DNA of 64,000 bases, taken from positions 10,180-74,179 of IMG/VR virus record IMGVR_UViG_3300017964_000010, one strand, 5' to 3'. Positions within the stretch are counted from its first letter, which is position 1, and each line of letters starts with the position of its first letter. This DNA comes from a virus. The translations under genes and the position numbers were made by a program. This document shows positions 49,497-58,139 of the stretch, piece after piece. Below the pieces are notes generated by a model. That model was not told the DNA's origin, searched no databases, and saw only the letters and a list, made by a program, of their open reading frames with translations.

Positions 49497-49683
49497 TTAC
49501 AAGTACTCCTAAAACTTTGGATAATCTTTGTGATTCATATTCAAGTTTCATTTCATCTTCAGCGGCATTCCTACGGTCCAACCACTTAAGCGTAATTTGA
49601 TCCCATACTGTATGAAAAGAAGCAGTACCATTGGCTTGCTCCAATGTATCGAGATCATCAATAAATTCAAGAAGATCATTCAT
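49480..49683 (-). CDS. Hypothetical protein
   Basis: GGAG SD, first gene after an early promoter. Confidence 0.65.
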   Translation of the reverse strand: MNDLLEFIDDLDTLEQANGTASFHTVWDQITLKWLDRRNAAEDEMKLEYESQRLSKVLGVLVNAKSS

Positions 49684-49713
49684 TTTAGTTTCTCCGATTC
49701 TCTTTATATTAAC

Positions 49714-49752
49714 AATATAATATATTTTAAATCGAATGTAAACCCCTAAAAT
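49714..49752 (-). promoter_or_regulatory. Sigma70/T4-early-like promoter
   Basis: GTTTACA-17-TATATT. 16 nt (tgtaaacccctaaaat) identical to 48462-48477. Confidence 0.75.
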
Positions 49753-49760
49753 GCATTTTT

Positions 49761-50204
49761 TTAATAAAAACGAGAAATTAAAGTATTCTTATTTCTATAC
49801 AAATTGTATTCATAATTATCAGTTTTTTCATTTTCTTTAAGCCAGAAAGCACCGTTACTTAAGTGAAACTTTTTAGCCATTTCGGTTTTAGGACTCATGG
49901 TTACTAATCTATCAATATTATTATTTTTTAATACTAGATCCCTAAGTGCTAAAACTATTTTTCTACCAGCACCTTTTGCACTGCTCCAAACTGTATAGGC
50001 GACAAGTATGTCGCCATCTACATCTTTAAATTGTTCAAGTTCTTCTTCTGTTGTTGGTATATCATTGCAATAACACGTACATATTACTGCAGATAAATCA
50101 TCTAATACATAAACTTGCTTACCAACATCCAGCTTATTAACGTGCGGACGAACTGGATCATTATTGAGAACATCCAGTTCGTCCATTTCTATAAGTCTTA
50201 TCAT
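49761..50204 (-). CDS. GNAT-fold-like hypothetical protein
   Basis: YTVWS..KGAGR.I, T.SPKT.MA.KFHL.NGA. Confidence 0.55.
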   Translation of the reverse strand: MIRLIEMDELDVLNNDPVRPHVNKLDVGKQVYVLDDLSAVICTCYCNDIPTTEEELEQFKDVDGDILVAYTVWSSAKGAGRKIVLALRDLVLKNNNIDRLVTMSPKTEMAKKFHLSNGAFWLKENEKTDNYEYNLYRNKNTLISRFY

Positions 50205-50206
50205 TA

Positions 50207-50368
50207 CTAGCCTTTGCGTGCTACTGATTCTAGTTCATATTTTTTTACAACTACGTTCCATTTTTCTTGATTCTCTACTGATTTTATTCTTTTATCTTTT
50301 TGTAGAGAAAGATTTTTATTTCTATTTTTCTTTTTGTTACGTGAATCGTATCGACTGAACTTAGCCAT
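50207..50368 (-). CDS. 53-aa basic protein (not in ORF track)
   Basis: GAGG SD. MAKFSRYDSRNKKKNRNKNLSLQKDKRIKSVENQEKWNVVVKKYELESVARKG. Confidence 0.65.
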   Translation of the reverse strand: MAKFSRYDSRNKKKNRNKNLSLQKDKRIKSVENQEKWNVVVKKYELESVARKG

Positions 50369-50369
50369 T

Positions 50370-51254
50370 TTAGTCCTCTAGTAATTTTCCAAAAGTTGCA
50401 GGACCAGCTACTCCATCTGGAGTTAAACCATTAGCAGCTTGCCACTCTTTAAGTGCTCTTTCTGTGCCTGGGCCAAATACACCATCAGCACCAATACCGA
50501 GCGCTTCTTGCATAATCTTTACTCCCTCTCCACGAGAGCCTTTCCGTAGTACACCAATATCATCAATGATGTCTTCAATATCATCGTCATCATTATCGGC
50601 TACCATATCCGCAGACATACCTAATACTTCCATAGCATTAATGTATCTTTTTTGTCTATCTTCAAGCCCGATATTACCACCATTAATTTTCTTGGTCATT
50701 TTTACTACATCATCGGTATCTGCAATATTATTTAAATTATTTGCATCCCAGAACCAGCATGCGGATTCTACTGCTCCTTTTTCTGTTGCAACATATTCTG
50801 CTGCTTCTTCTGCAGTCATATCAACAGTTTTACCAAATCGTGTATAATTTTCACGACCAGTAAGTTGTTTTAGTCCGCGTCCTCTAAATAACCAACCATC
50901 ACCTTCATTTACATTGCCCATTTTATATTTACGGAATTCGTCCATATAAACATAATTTGCAATCATTTCGGGTTGTCTATGATATTCATCTGCATCTCTT
51001 TTTGGTGCATCACCAAAATAGCGACCGAATACAGCACGTAGTGCTTTTGCGGAATAGTTTAAGTTTTCTTCAAGTTTTTTAAAGTTACCACTTTCATGAG
51101 CACATTGACTTAAAAAGTGTGCAACTCTTCGTTCGGTCGTGATACCATACTTTGGTAAAATATCACATAAAGCTTCATACCAATCTCCTACTTTATTATT
51201 ACCAGGAATAATTTTAGCAAGATGGTCTTCAGTAAAGTCAAAATCAAATGGCAT
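50370..51254 (-). CDS. Glycoside hydrolase family 19 endolysin with C-terminal peptidoglycan-binding domain
   Basis: AHFLSQCAHESG, FRGRGLKQLTGRENY, INGG.IGLEDR and ADGVFGPGTE.A.K.WQ..NGL.PDGVAGP.T. Confidence 0.9.
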   Translation of the reverse strand: MPFDFDFTEDHLAKIIPGNNKVGDWYEALCDILPKYGITTERRVAHFLSQCAHESGNFKKLEENLNYSAKALRAVFGRYFGDAPKRDADEYHRQPEMIANYVYMDEFRKYKMGNVNEGDGWLFRGRGLKQLTGRENYTRFGKTVDMTAEEAAEYVATEKGAVESACWFWDANNLNNIADTDDVVKMTKKINGGNIGLEDRQKRYINAMEVLGMSADMVADNDDDDIEDIIDDIGVLRKGSRGEGVKIMQEALGIGADGVFGPGTERALKEWQAANGLTPDGVAGPATFGKLLED

Positions 51255-51495
51255 TTTCTCCATAGCCTCCTATTGTGTTTTCTATTTCTTTTACAAAATT
51301 TTCATAAGTTCCAATTATATTATTATACCAAATTATTTGTGGCACAGTTTTTGCTCCTGGAAACTTTTCCACCATTTCTTCAAGATATTCAAGATGTGCT
51401 ATATTTTTATATTCATAATCTAATTGATAATCATTACATAACTGTTTTGCTTTTTCACAAAATGTACAATTAGTTTTACCGTAAATGATTACCAT
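51244..51495 (-). CDS. Glutaredoxin
   Basis: CTFC active site, TVPQI, IG.Y. Start at the ATG overlapping the upstream stop. Confidence 0.9.
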   Translation of the reverse strand: MVIIYGKTNCTFCEKAKQLCNDYQLDYEYKNIAHLEYLEEMVEKFPGAKTVPQIIWYNNIIGTYENFVKEIENTIGGYGENAI

Positions 51496-51656
51496 TATTC
51501 TGCTTTCCATATTTCCCATAAACCATATAATATGGCAAGACCAGCAGCAATCTTTGCAAGTGGAGCAAGAAATAGTACAAGAAATCCTAGTACTATAAGT
51601 GCCAATCCTGATAGTGTACTTCTTTCACCAATTCTTTGTTTTATCCAATTTAACAT
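51495..51656 (-). CDS. 53-aa two-TM membrane protein, holin candidate (not in ORF track)
   Basis: MLNWIKQRIGERSTLSGLALIVLGFLVLFLAPLAKIAAGLAILYGLWEIWKAE, GAGG SD. Confidence 0.7.
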   Translation of the reverse strand: MLNWIKQRIGERSTLSGLALIVLGFLVLFLAPLAKIAAGLAILYGLWEIWKAE

Positions 51657-51672
51657 AAATTTTCCTCTTTAG

Positions 51673-52359
51673 TTATGATATGTTTAACATTTCTTTAGTC
51701 ATTATATAATCTCTTACAAGATCTGATCTAACAATATCTTCCCAACCAAAATTAATAACTCTAAAAAATCTCATCTGTTCCACAATACTTATAAACTTTA
51801 TAATCCCGTCTTTATCATCATTATATTTAAAATCCGATTGTAAATAATCTCCACAAAAAATAATTTTACAATCATTTCCGACACGAGTAATAACAGAATC
51901 TAATTCATGAAAATTCAAGTTTTGCATTTCATCAACTACTATAATAGTTTGGTCAAATGTTGCTCCACGAATATAAGAAGTTGTTTCAAATATAAGTTTA
52001 TTACCAGTTACTAATTTTCCATATGCTCCTCTATAACCAAATATTTCATCACAAATATTTTTATAAGGTGCTTTATAGGGGTCTTCCTTTTCTTCTTTAG
52101 ATCCAGGAAGATGTCCTGCATCTCTTGTAGGAACCATTGACCTCATAATCATAATTTGTCTGTACATATCAGGTTTATTTAACATTTCTTTAAAAGCATT
52201 ATATAAAGCTATAAATGTTTTACCTGTTCCCGCACTACCAGTTAATATTAAATTGTGACCTTTATTCCAAAAATCAAAGGCTTTCTTTTGATTATCTGTA
52301 ATAGGATCAATTTTTTCAAGTTCATCAAAAGAAACTGTTAATGAATTATTTTTTTTCAT
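51673..52359 (-). CDS. phoH: PhoH-family ATPase
   Basis: GSAGTGKT Walker A, G.LPG, YIRG.TF, VDEMQN, TRVG...K.IFCGD..Q.D, DIVRS. Confidence 0.92.
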   Translation of the reverse strand: MKKNNSLTVSFDELEKIDPITDNQKKAFDFWNKGHNLILTGSAGTGKTFIALYNAFKEMLNKPDMYRQIMIMRSMVPTRDAGHLPGSKEEKEDPYKAPYKNICDEIFGYRGAYGKLVTGNKLIFETTSYIRGATFDQTIIVVDEMQNLNFHELDSVITRVGNDCKIIFCGDYLQSDFKYNDDKDGIIKFISIVEQMRFFRVINFGWEDIVRSDLVRDYIMTKEMLNIS

Positions 52360-52589
52360 GTTTTTATTGTGTTATCTTTCCCAGAACCAGATTTTACTTT
52401 ATTTAAAATATCTTTAAATCCATCTGGCACTTTTGAATTTAAGCTTCCTACACTAGAAACAATTTTTGGTGCAGATAGAACTTGAATTACGTTAGGCATT
52501 TCATTTAGAATGGCTTGAAGTTCATCCCAAGTACACACAACATCCCAAGTGTGATTATCTTTAATGTTTTTCAGAGTATAACTTGGCAT
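52356..52589 (-). CDS. Small conserved protein upstream of phoH
   Basis: MPSYTLK...K.PDGFKD.L..VK pattern. Start moved to 52589. Confidence 0.6.
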   Translation of the reverse strand: MPSYTLKNIKDNHTWDVVCTWDELQAILNEMPNVIQVLSAPKIVSSVGSLNSKVPDGFKDILNKVKSGSGKDNTIKT

Positions 52590-52791
52590 TATTTTTCCAC
52601 CATTTCCAATTATCATCTATTTCATATCTATACATTGTTTTCCAGCTTTTTGATAACGGCGACCAAATCTGTATTAATTTATTTTTCTTTACTTGGGTTT
52701 GACAAAGACGCATTTTCATACCTTTACCCCATTCTATTTTTTCCAAAACATCTATATCAAGCTGCAACATTAAACCACTCCGGTATATCAC
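52561..52791 (-). CDS. Hypothetical protein (start uncertain)
   Basis: Fills the operon gap, Trp-rich. Confidence 0.5.
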   Translation of the reverse strand: MIYRSGLMLQLDIDVLEKIEWGKGMKMRLCQTQVKKNKLIQIWSPLSKSWKTMYRYEIDDNWKWWKNNAKLYSEKH

Positions 52792-53320
52792 GTTTTGTCC
52801 AAGCCATTTTAAAACGATCTTGTTTAGTTTGATAATATTCTTGATAAGAACGTACAGGATCTCCTATATGTATGCATTGAGGTTCGTGTTGCATTGCAAG
52901 AGCAAAAGGTGTGAGTCCTTTATTATAATTTAGATTTTTTGGTGGAACAGACAAAATTTCTTCAAGCAGAATTTGTGTGTTGTGAACTTTATCATAGCGA
53001 TATTGATATTCTACACAAAGTCCAATAAAATGTTCATAGTGCCAAGCATAGTTACCTATAGATTGCATAGTCCATACTGTACAAGGATGATTATGATGAA
53101 CTGCTTTGTATAAAGTATTTTCCATATTTGCATCCGGATGAACCCAGTAATTTATCATTCTTTTTCCAGACTTTGAAAGACGTTTTTCTATATAGCCATC
53201 CAACATTCTATGAGCAGTAGATAGCATTTGAGCCGATTCTACTATCATTTTAACTACGTGTTTATCACACTGTAATTGTGCAGATTTGATAGGATTACTA
53301 TCAAGTACAAAAATATTCAT
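52757..53320 (-). CDS. Pyrimidine-dimer DNA glycosylase (DenV-like) family protein
   Basis: MNIF.LD..P...AQ..CDKHVVKMI.ESAQMLST.H, H.NHPCT.W, Y..RY.K.H. Confidence 0.8.
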   Translation of the reverse strand: MNIFVLDSNPIKSAQLQCDKHVVKMIVESAQMLSTAHRMLDGYIEKRLSKSGKRMINYWVHPDANMENTLYKAVHHNHPCTVWTMQSIGNYAWHYEHFIGLCVEYQYRYDKVHNTQILLEEILSVPPKNLNYNKGLTPFALAMQHEPQCIHIGDPVRSYQEYYQTKQDRFKMAWTKRDIPEWFNVAA

Positions 53321-53347
53321 TGGTTACTCCAAATAAGTTATGTAACT

Positions 53348-53376
53348 ATAATACTATATTTTAAGAGATTTGTAAA
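53348..53376 (-). promoter_or_regulatory. Sigma70/T4-early-like promoter
   Basis: GTTTACA-17-TATTAT. The -35 box is part of the inverted repeat tgtaaac-N6-gtttaca (53371-53390). Confidence 0.7.
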
Positions 53377-53398
53377 CCGTTAAGTTTACAATTAAGTA

Positions 53399-53563
53399 TT
53401 ATGCCGCCACCTCCATTACCGATAATATGTGTTTATCTAAAAACTTTTTCTTTGCTTCAATTTTTTTCACCAATTCTGTTTCCCCTTCTTCAATTAACTG
53501 GTCTGTAAATGTATTTAATTCTTCAGAATCTTTAATTAGTCTTTGTAATTGATGATCGGACAT
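53399..53563 (-). CDS. Small helical hypothetical protein
   Basis: Start moved to MSDHQ (AAGGAG SD). Confidence 0.6.
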   Translation of the reverse strand: MSDHQLQRLIKDSEELNTFTDQLIEEGETELVKKIEAKKKFLDKHILSVMEVAA

Positions 53564-53578
53564 TATTATCTCCTTTAG

Positions 53579-53618
53579 AAAAGTGAAAGCTGGCAATCCC
53601 TTGGAAAGGAAGCCAGCT
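53579..53618 (-). terminator. Intrinsic terminator
   Basis: RNA AGCUGGC-UUCCUU-UCC-AAGGGA-UU-GCCAGCU followed by UUCACUUUU. Confidence 0.65.
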
Positions 53619-53649
53619 ACAAAGTTTTTAGATTGATTATTATTCATTA

Positions 53650-54069
53650 TTAACCTTTTTGTATTAAACCCGGATAAGCCTCCTGTACTACTGTTTTTGA
53701 TATACCTTTTATGGATTTTTTACTAACCATGTTTATTACAACCTTAGCGTCTAATGGGTGAATTGATTCTAATAGCCTAATATAAATATTTTCCCGTTTA
53801 GCTTTTAAAACACCTCTGGAATCGGGAGTGTCGACAATATATCTAAATTGTGTATTTTGTCTTAATAGATTTGAAGGTGTACTTTCTTCTTTATTAGGAG
53901 TATAAGGCGGTTCTCCTTTTGGAACCAACCATTGAACAGCATCATCATATGTACCCCTAAGAACATCTTTTAATGCCCAAGATTCGTTTGCTCTCAGATA
54001 TTCAATTTTTTCGGCTTTAGTTCTTTTTTTACCAGCTTCTTCAATAACTTCATAAATTAGTTTTGCCAT
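53650..54069 (-). CDS. Conserved T4-like protein downstream of RNase H (DUF6433-like)
   Basis: P.G.PPY.PN and KRE..YI.LLES.HP.DA motifs. Confidence 0.7.
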   Translation of the reverse strand: MAKLIYEVIEEAGKKRTKAEKIEYLRANESWALKDVLRGTYDDAVQWLVPKGEPPYTPNKEESTPSNLLRQNTQFRYIVDTPDSRGVLKAKRENIYIRLLESIHPLDAKVVINMVSKKSIKGISKTVVQEAYPGLIQKG

Positions 54070-54070
54070 T

Positions 54071-54922
54071 CTAAATAAACTCCTGTACATTCTCTAGCAA
54101 TAACTTACATCTTTTTTCAACAAGAAAAGGAAAAACTTTACCTTTATTTTTATATTGGTCTTGTTCAATAAAAGTATTTATAATTTCTTGTTTTATATTT
54201 TCGGGACATTCTGAACTTTCTGTTAAATCAATCATCTTTTTATTTCGAAGATAGTTTCTATAAACATCTTCTCCAAGAGATTTGGGATCTTCAAGTAAGG
54301 CTTCTTTCTTTTTCTTTGAAAGAACATTTTGTCGGCGGCCTTCTACTAAACATTTATCATCAGATAGAACATTAGGTACACCATCTCCACCATCACCTTT
54401 TAGAATATGTTCTGCAAGATAAAGTCTAGGATTAGATTCGTCTATAAATTTCTTAGTAATGTTAGAATATTGTCTTACATTATTATATTTTTGTAATTGA
54501 CGAAAATCCTTATCTGCAGATACAATCATAACATCTTCATGATTACCAAATTCTTGTGTCCACTTTACTAGTTCTGCTATAGCATCATCTGCTTCACAGC
54601 CCCATTGATGTATTACTTTATATGGAAAGTTTTCTTTTAGCTCATCTCTTACCATACCAATAATACGAAAAGCTTCATCCCAATCAATTTTGGATTCTTC
54701 TCTACTTTTAGTGCGATTGTTTTTATATTCTGGATAAACTTCTTTACGCCAATTGCCACCACCATCAGCAACAATAACTATTTCACCATATTTGTCTTTA
54801 AACTTACTTCTATACATTCGTATAGAGTTTAAAATCATATGCCGAATTAGATTTTCATCTACACCAGCATGACCCATTACAATAGGAGCAATGGAAACAC
54901 CAGAGTAATCAATAATAATCAT
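54071..54922 (-). CDS. rnh: T4-type RNase H (5'-3' exonuclease)
   Basis: WRK..YP.YK..R, EADD.IA, IVSADKDF.QLQ, GD.GDGVPN. Confidence 0.92.
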   Translation of the reverse strand: MIIIDYSGVSIAPIVMGHAGVDENLIRHMILNSIRMYRSKFKDKYGEIVIVADGGGNWRKEVYPEYKNNRTKSREESKIDWDEAFRIIGMVRDELKENFPYKVIHQWGCEADDAIAELVKWTQEFGNHEDVMIVSADKDFRQLQKYNNVRQYSNITKKFIDESNPRLYLAEHILKGDGGDGVPNVLSDDKCLVEGRRQNVLSKKKKEALLEDPKSLGEDVYRNYLRNKKMIDLTESSECPENIKQEIINTFIEQDQYKNKGKVFPFLVEKRCKLLLENVQEFI

Positions 54923-54948
54923 AATATATTCCTTTTATAACTAAAAAC

Positions 54949-54977
54949 ATTCTATAACATATATTGGTTAAAGTAAA
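54949..54977 (-). promoter_or_regulatory. Sigma70/T4-early-like promoter
   Basis: GTTTACT-17-TAGAAT upstream of rnh. Confidence 0.7.
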
Positions 54978-55312
54978 CTAATCAAAAGAATAACTACAAG
55001 AAGTATTAGTATTATAGGTAATCCAAATATGATAAACATACCTATCCAAAAGTTTCTTCTTTGTTTTTTGGGCGGTAATGATCTGTTCCAATATATGAAT
55101 TTTTTTATGTAGTATTTTACACCATCCACAATAAATTCAAAGAAAAAGTGACGAAGTAACCGAACTATAATAAGTACAGGAGAATATATGACTTCAAAAA
55201 CAACAAGAAAACAATCAACACATATGTCAACCATACTGTCAACAGTCCATAAATCTCGCCACTTTTTTCTAAACTTAGCTAGTTTTCTTTTTGTTTTCCA
55301 TTTCAGCTTCAT
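54968..55312 (-). CDS. Membrane protein
   Basis: Basic N-terminus and hydrophobic segments. Confidence 0.55.
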   Translation of the reverse strand: MKLKWKTKRKLAKFRKKWRDLWTVDSMVDICVDCFLVVFEVIYSPVLIIVRLLRHFFFEFIVDGVKYYIKKFIYWNRSLPPKKQRRNFWIGMFIIFGLPIILILLVVILLISLL

Positions 55313-55757
55313 CTACTTCTTGCTGTGATACAACACCTTCGCTGATAAGTCTTTGTCTATTTTTCATGTGCTGAGCTTGAACTTCTTCTTTTGATCCACC
55401 AAAGTAAGGAACACAGTGACCTTCTTCAATCATAATCTCTGTAACCAAACGACCATCTGCTGCTCTGAAATCCCCTAAGATACGACCAAACTTACCTTTC
55501 ATATCTTCGCCATCTTTATCTTCGGTTGTGATCAGTTTAGCGTCTTTTTCTAATAATTGGTATAGTCTATTTTTTGCAGCTAAGCCAAATAATTTTTCTA
55601 CTTTATCTGATGTTCTTGATTCAGGAGTATCAATACCCATGATTCTCACTCTTTCGTCTTTAAGTTGAATTTTAAATCCTAGATCAATATCTACATCAAC
55701 TGTATCACCATCAACTACTCTAACAATATGTACATCATACTCGTTCTGATTGGTCAT
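55275..55757 (-). CDS. Thermonuclease (SNase-like) family protein
   Basis: RVVDGDTVDVDIDLGF, RI.GIDTPESRT, GKFGRILG. Confidence 0.88.
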   Translation of the reverse strand: MTNQNEYDVHIVRVVDGDTVDVDIDLGFKIQLKDERVRIMGIDTPESRTSDKVEKLFGLAAKNRLYQLLEKDAKLITTEDKDGEDMKGKFGRILGDFRAADGRLVTEIMIEEGHCVPYFGGSKEEVQAQHMKNRQRLISEGVVSQQEVDEAEMENKKKTS

Positions 55758-56187
55758 GGGTATCTCCTCGTGTTATTATCCCTTTGACGTGTTTAGAATG
55801 AATTTTTCCTCCAATAAATTCATTATAATACTCATCACTAAATAATACTTCACGATCAATTTGCTCTTTCATTTCAAAGTAAGTCATCTCACCTTTACTT
55901 TTGCATAATCGGAGAATTTCCCTTTTAAATCTTTCTGTACCATGAGTTTCAACCAAAAGTTTTACTTCATCATTTGACCCATGATATTCTCTCCAGTCAG
56001 ATTCTTTTTTAACTACTCTTTTACGTGATTTTCCTTTTAAAGGTTTTAATCTTTTTGTTGACCAAAAAGTTTTTTTACCTATATATTTTTTATTATTATG
56101 TAAATCTGTTATACAATAAACAAATCCAACTAAAGATTCAAAATCAAAATTCTCTGGATCAAATTCTTTATCATTAAAATACCACAA
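55735..56187 (-). CDS. GIY-YIG endonuclease
   Basis: GFVYCIT...KKYIGKK, W..Y.GS, F.REIL, YYN. Confidence 0.8.
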   Translation of the reverse strand: MWYFNDKEFDPENFDFESLVGFVYCITDLHNNKKYIGKKTFWSTKRLKPLKGKSRKRVVKKESDWREYHGSNDEVKLLVETHGTERFKREILRLCKSKGEMTYFEMKEQIDREVLFSDEYYNEFIGGKIHSKHVKGIITRGDTHDQSERV

Positions 56188-56262
56188 TTAATTTACTTTC
56201 TATAAATTAAGTTAGTCTAACTCTAACGGTTCCGCCATTATCATAATATGCTTTACCTTTAT

Positions 56263-56296
56263 AAAAAAAATAGCCTTATATAAAGATATAAAGCTA
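56263..56296 (-). terminator. Intrinsic terminator after the nrd operon
   Basis: UAGCUUUAUAU-CUUU-AUAUAAGGCUA followed by U8. Confidence 0.7.
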
Positions 56297-56302
56297 TTTA
56301 TA
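56295..56302 (-). promoter_or_regulatory. T4-type late promoter abutting the terminator
   Basis: Exact TATAAATA. Confidence 0.65.
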
Positions 56303-56330
56303 TATTATTTTATTATTTTTAATTTATCAA

Positions 56331-56477
56331 TTAATCCGAATCATCTTCTTCATCTAAGAAATTTGCAGGAGTAACATGACCACATATGGGACAAAACTCT
56401 GGTTCTGGAGAAGAATTTTCTACTGTTACCTGAGACTGCTCGTCACAGATTTCACACTCAATGTAATAATATTTCAT
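56331..56477 (-). CDS. 48-aa zinc-ribbon/rubredoxin-like protein (not in ORF track)
   Basis: MKYYYIECEICDEQSQVTVENSSPEPEFCPICGHVTPANFLDEEDDSD, two CxxC motifs. Confidence 0.75.
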   Translation of the reverse strand: MKYYYIECEICDEQSQVTVENSSPEPEFCPICGHVTPANFLDEEDDSD

Positions 56478-56483
56478 TTAGTT

Positions 56484-58139
56484 TTAACCCTCACATGATG
56501 CACAGTTCATGATGTCACGAACCAGTTCTTGTGCTGGATTAGCACTGCGTTGATAGTAAAAAGTTTTAACTCCTAATTTCCAACCTTCAATAAGCAAAGC
56601 ATTTACATCTTTAGCTGGTACATCTGGATGAATTAGAATATTTAAACTCTGGGACTGATCTATATACTTTTGTCTTGCAGCTGCCTGTTGTACAATAGAA
56701 AGTGGAGTAATTTCACTAAATGTTTTAAATACATCTTTTTCATTTTGTGTTAAAAATTCAAGATGTTGTACTGAACCCCCACGCTTTAGAATATCTACCC
56801 ACGTTTCTTCGTTATCTCTACCGTGTTCTTCTAAACATTTTTTTAGATATGGATTACGATATGTAAACTTACCTTTTGCTAAATCTTTTGTAAAATAATT
56901 AGAAGCAAGTGGCTCAATAGATGGTGATACTTGACCGAGAATAAAAGATGAAGAAGTTGTTGGAGCAACGGCCGTTCTTGTTAGATTTCTTTGTCCTGTA
57001 CCTAACATACCTTCTGGTTCACCATATTCAATTGCTAATTCTTTAGATGCCTCTAATGAACGATCATCAATAAATTTACTAATCTTAGCTGTAAGTAAAT
57101 GTGCATCAAATGATTCAAATGCAATCATTTTAGATTGAAGATAAGAATGCCATCCTAGTTGTCCTAAACCAAGTGCTCTCCATCTATAAGCAAAGTTATA
57201 TGCAGATTGCATAAATTTAATATCTTTTGTTTTTTCACAATATTCTTCCATAACTGCATCAAGAAACCAGATCATAGTTTCTACTGCATCTGTTTCCATC
57301 CACTCGTCTGCCATAAGTAAATTCATAGATGCTAGATTACAAACAAAGGATTCATCTTGAGACGAAGGTAGACAAATTTCGGAACAAAGATTTGAGGCCC
57401 AAATTGTAATATCTTTATCTCTTAAAACTCTTGGTTTATTTTTATTTACTGTATCTTTAAAAAATAGATATGGATATCCGGACTCTCTCCGCTTCCTTAG
57501 AACTCTTGCCCATATTGTTCTTTTATCAGCATCTCCATCAATCATAGATTGCATCCATTCATCGCCGATACAAACACCTAATGACATATTAATAATAGAA
57601 GATCCTTCTTCACGAGCATCAAGGAACTCCATAATATCTGGAGACTCAATATCAAGATATGCTGCAAATGAACCCCTACGAACATTTCCTTGTGCTACAA
57701 CATCAACGGTGGTTTCCGTTAAGTTCATAAAGTGAACTGGTCCGTCTGCTGTACCTCCACTTTTAATAGGAGCACCACGATGTCTTAAACTGCCATAATA
57801 TCCAGAAGTACCTGCTCCCATTTTTGTTTGCATACCAACTTCTGCGGTTTTTAAAAGTATAGACTCCATATTATCTTCAATATAAACACCATTACAAGAT
57901 ATTGGTAAACCTTTTTTAGTACCGAAGTTTGACCATACTGGTGAAGATAAAGAATAATAACCTTTACTCATATAATCATAAAATTTATCAGCAAAGCCTT
58001 CTTTATCTAAAATTTTCTCTGCGGTCCATGCAATAATTCTTACACGTTCTTCAACCGTCATATTTCCGTCTATATAACCTCTACTTAAAAAAGTACGAGA
58101 GTCGTCGTTTGCCCATTCAAATCCCATATTGTTCTCCAT
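56484..58139 (-). CDS. nrdA: Class I ribonucleotide reductase alpha, short form without ATP cone
   Basis: SSPVWSN, ISC, SNLCSEI, APT.SSS, K.FYY, C-terminal CASCEG. 551 aa. Confidence 0.93.
   Translation of the reverse strand: MENNMGFEWANDDSRTFLSRGYIDGNMTVEERVRIIAWTAEKILDKEGFADKFYDYMSKGYYSLSSPVWSNFGTKKGLPISCNGVYIEDNMESILLKTAEVGMQTKMGAGTSGYYGSLRHRGAPIKSGGTADGPVHFMNLTETTVDVVAQGNVRRGSFAAYLDIESPDIMEFLDAREEGSSIINMSLGVCIGDEWMQSMIDGDADKRTIWARVLRKRRESGYPYLFFKDTVNKNKPRVLRDKDITIWASNLCSEICLPSSQDESFVCNLASMNLLMADEWMETDAVETMIWFLDAVMEEYCEKTKDIKFMQSAYNFAYRWRALGLGQLGWHSYLQSKMIAFESFDAHLLTAKISKFIDDRSLEASKELAIEYGEPEGMLGTGQRNLTRTAVAPTTSSSFILGQVSPSIEPLASNYFTKDLAKGKFTYRNPYLKKCLEEHGRDNEETWVDILKRGGSVQHLEFLTQNEKDVFKTFSEITPLSIVQQAAARQKYIDQSQSLNILIHPDVPAKDVNALLIEGWKLGVKTFYYQRSANPAQELVRDIMNCASCEG

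Noticed and set aside
53564-53647. N-terminal extension of the 53399..53647 ORF
   Set aside because: Overlaps a terminator-like hairpin, and a strong SD precedes the ATG at 53563
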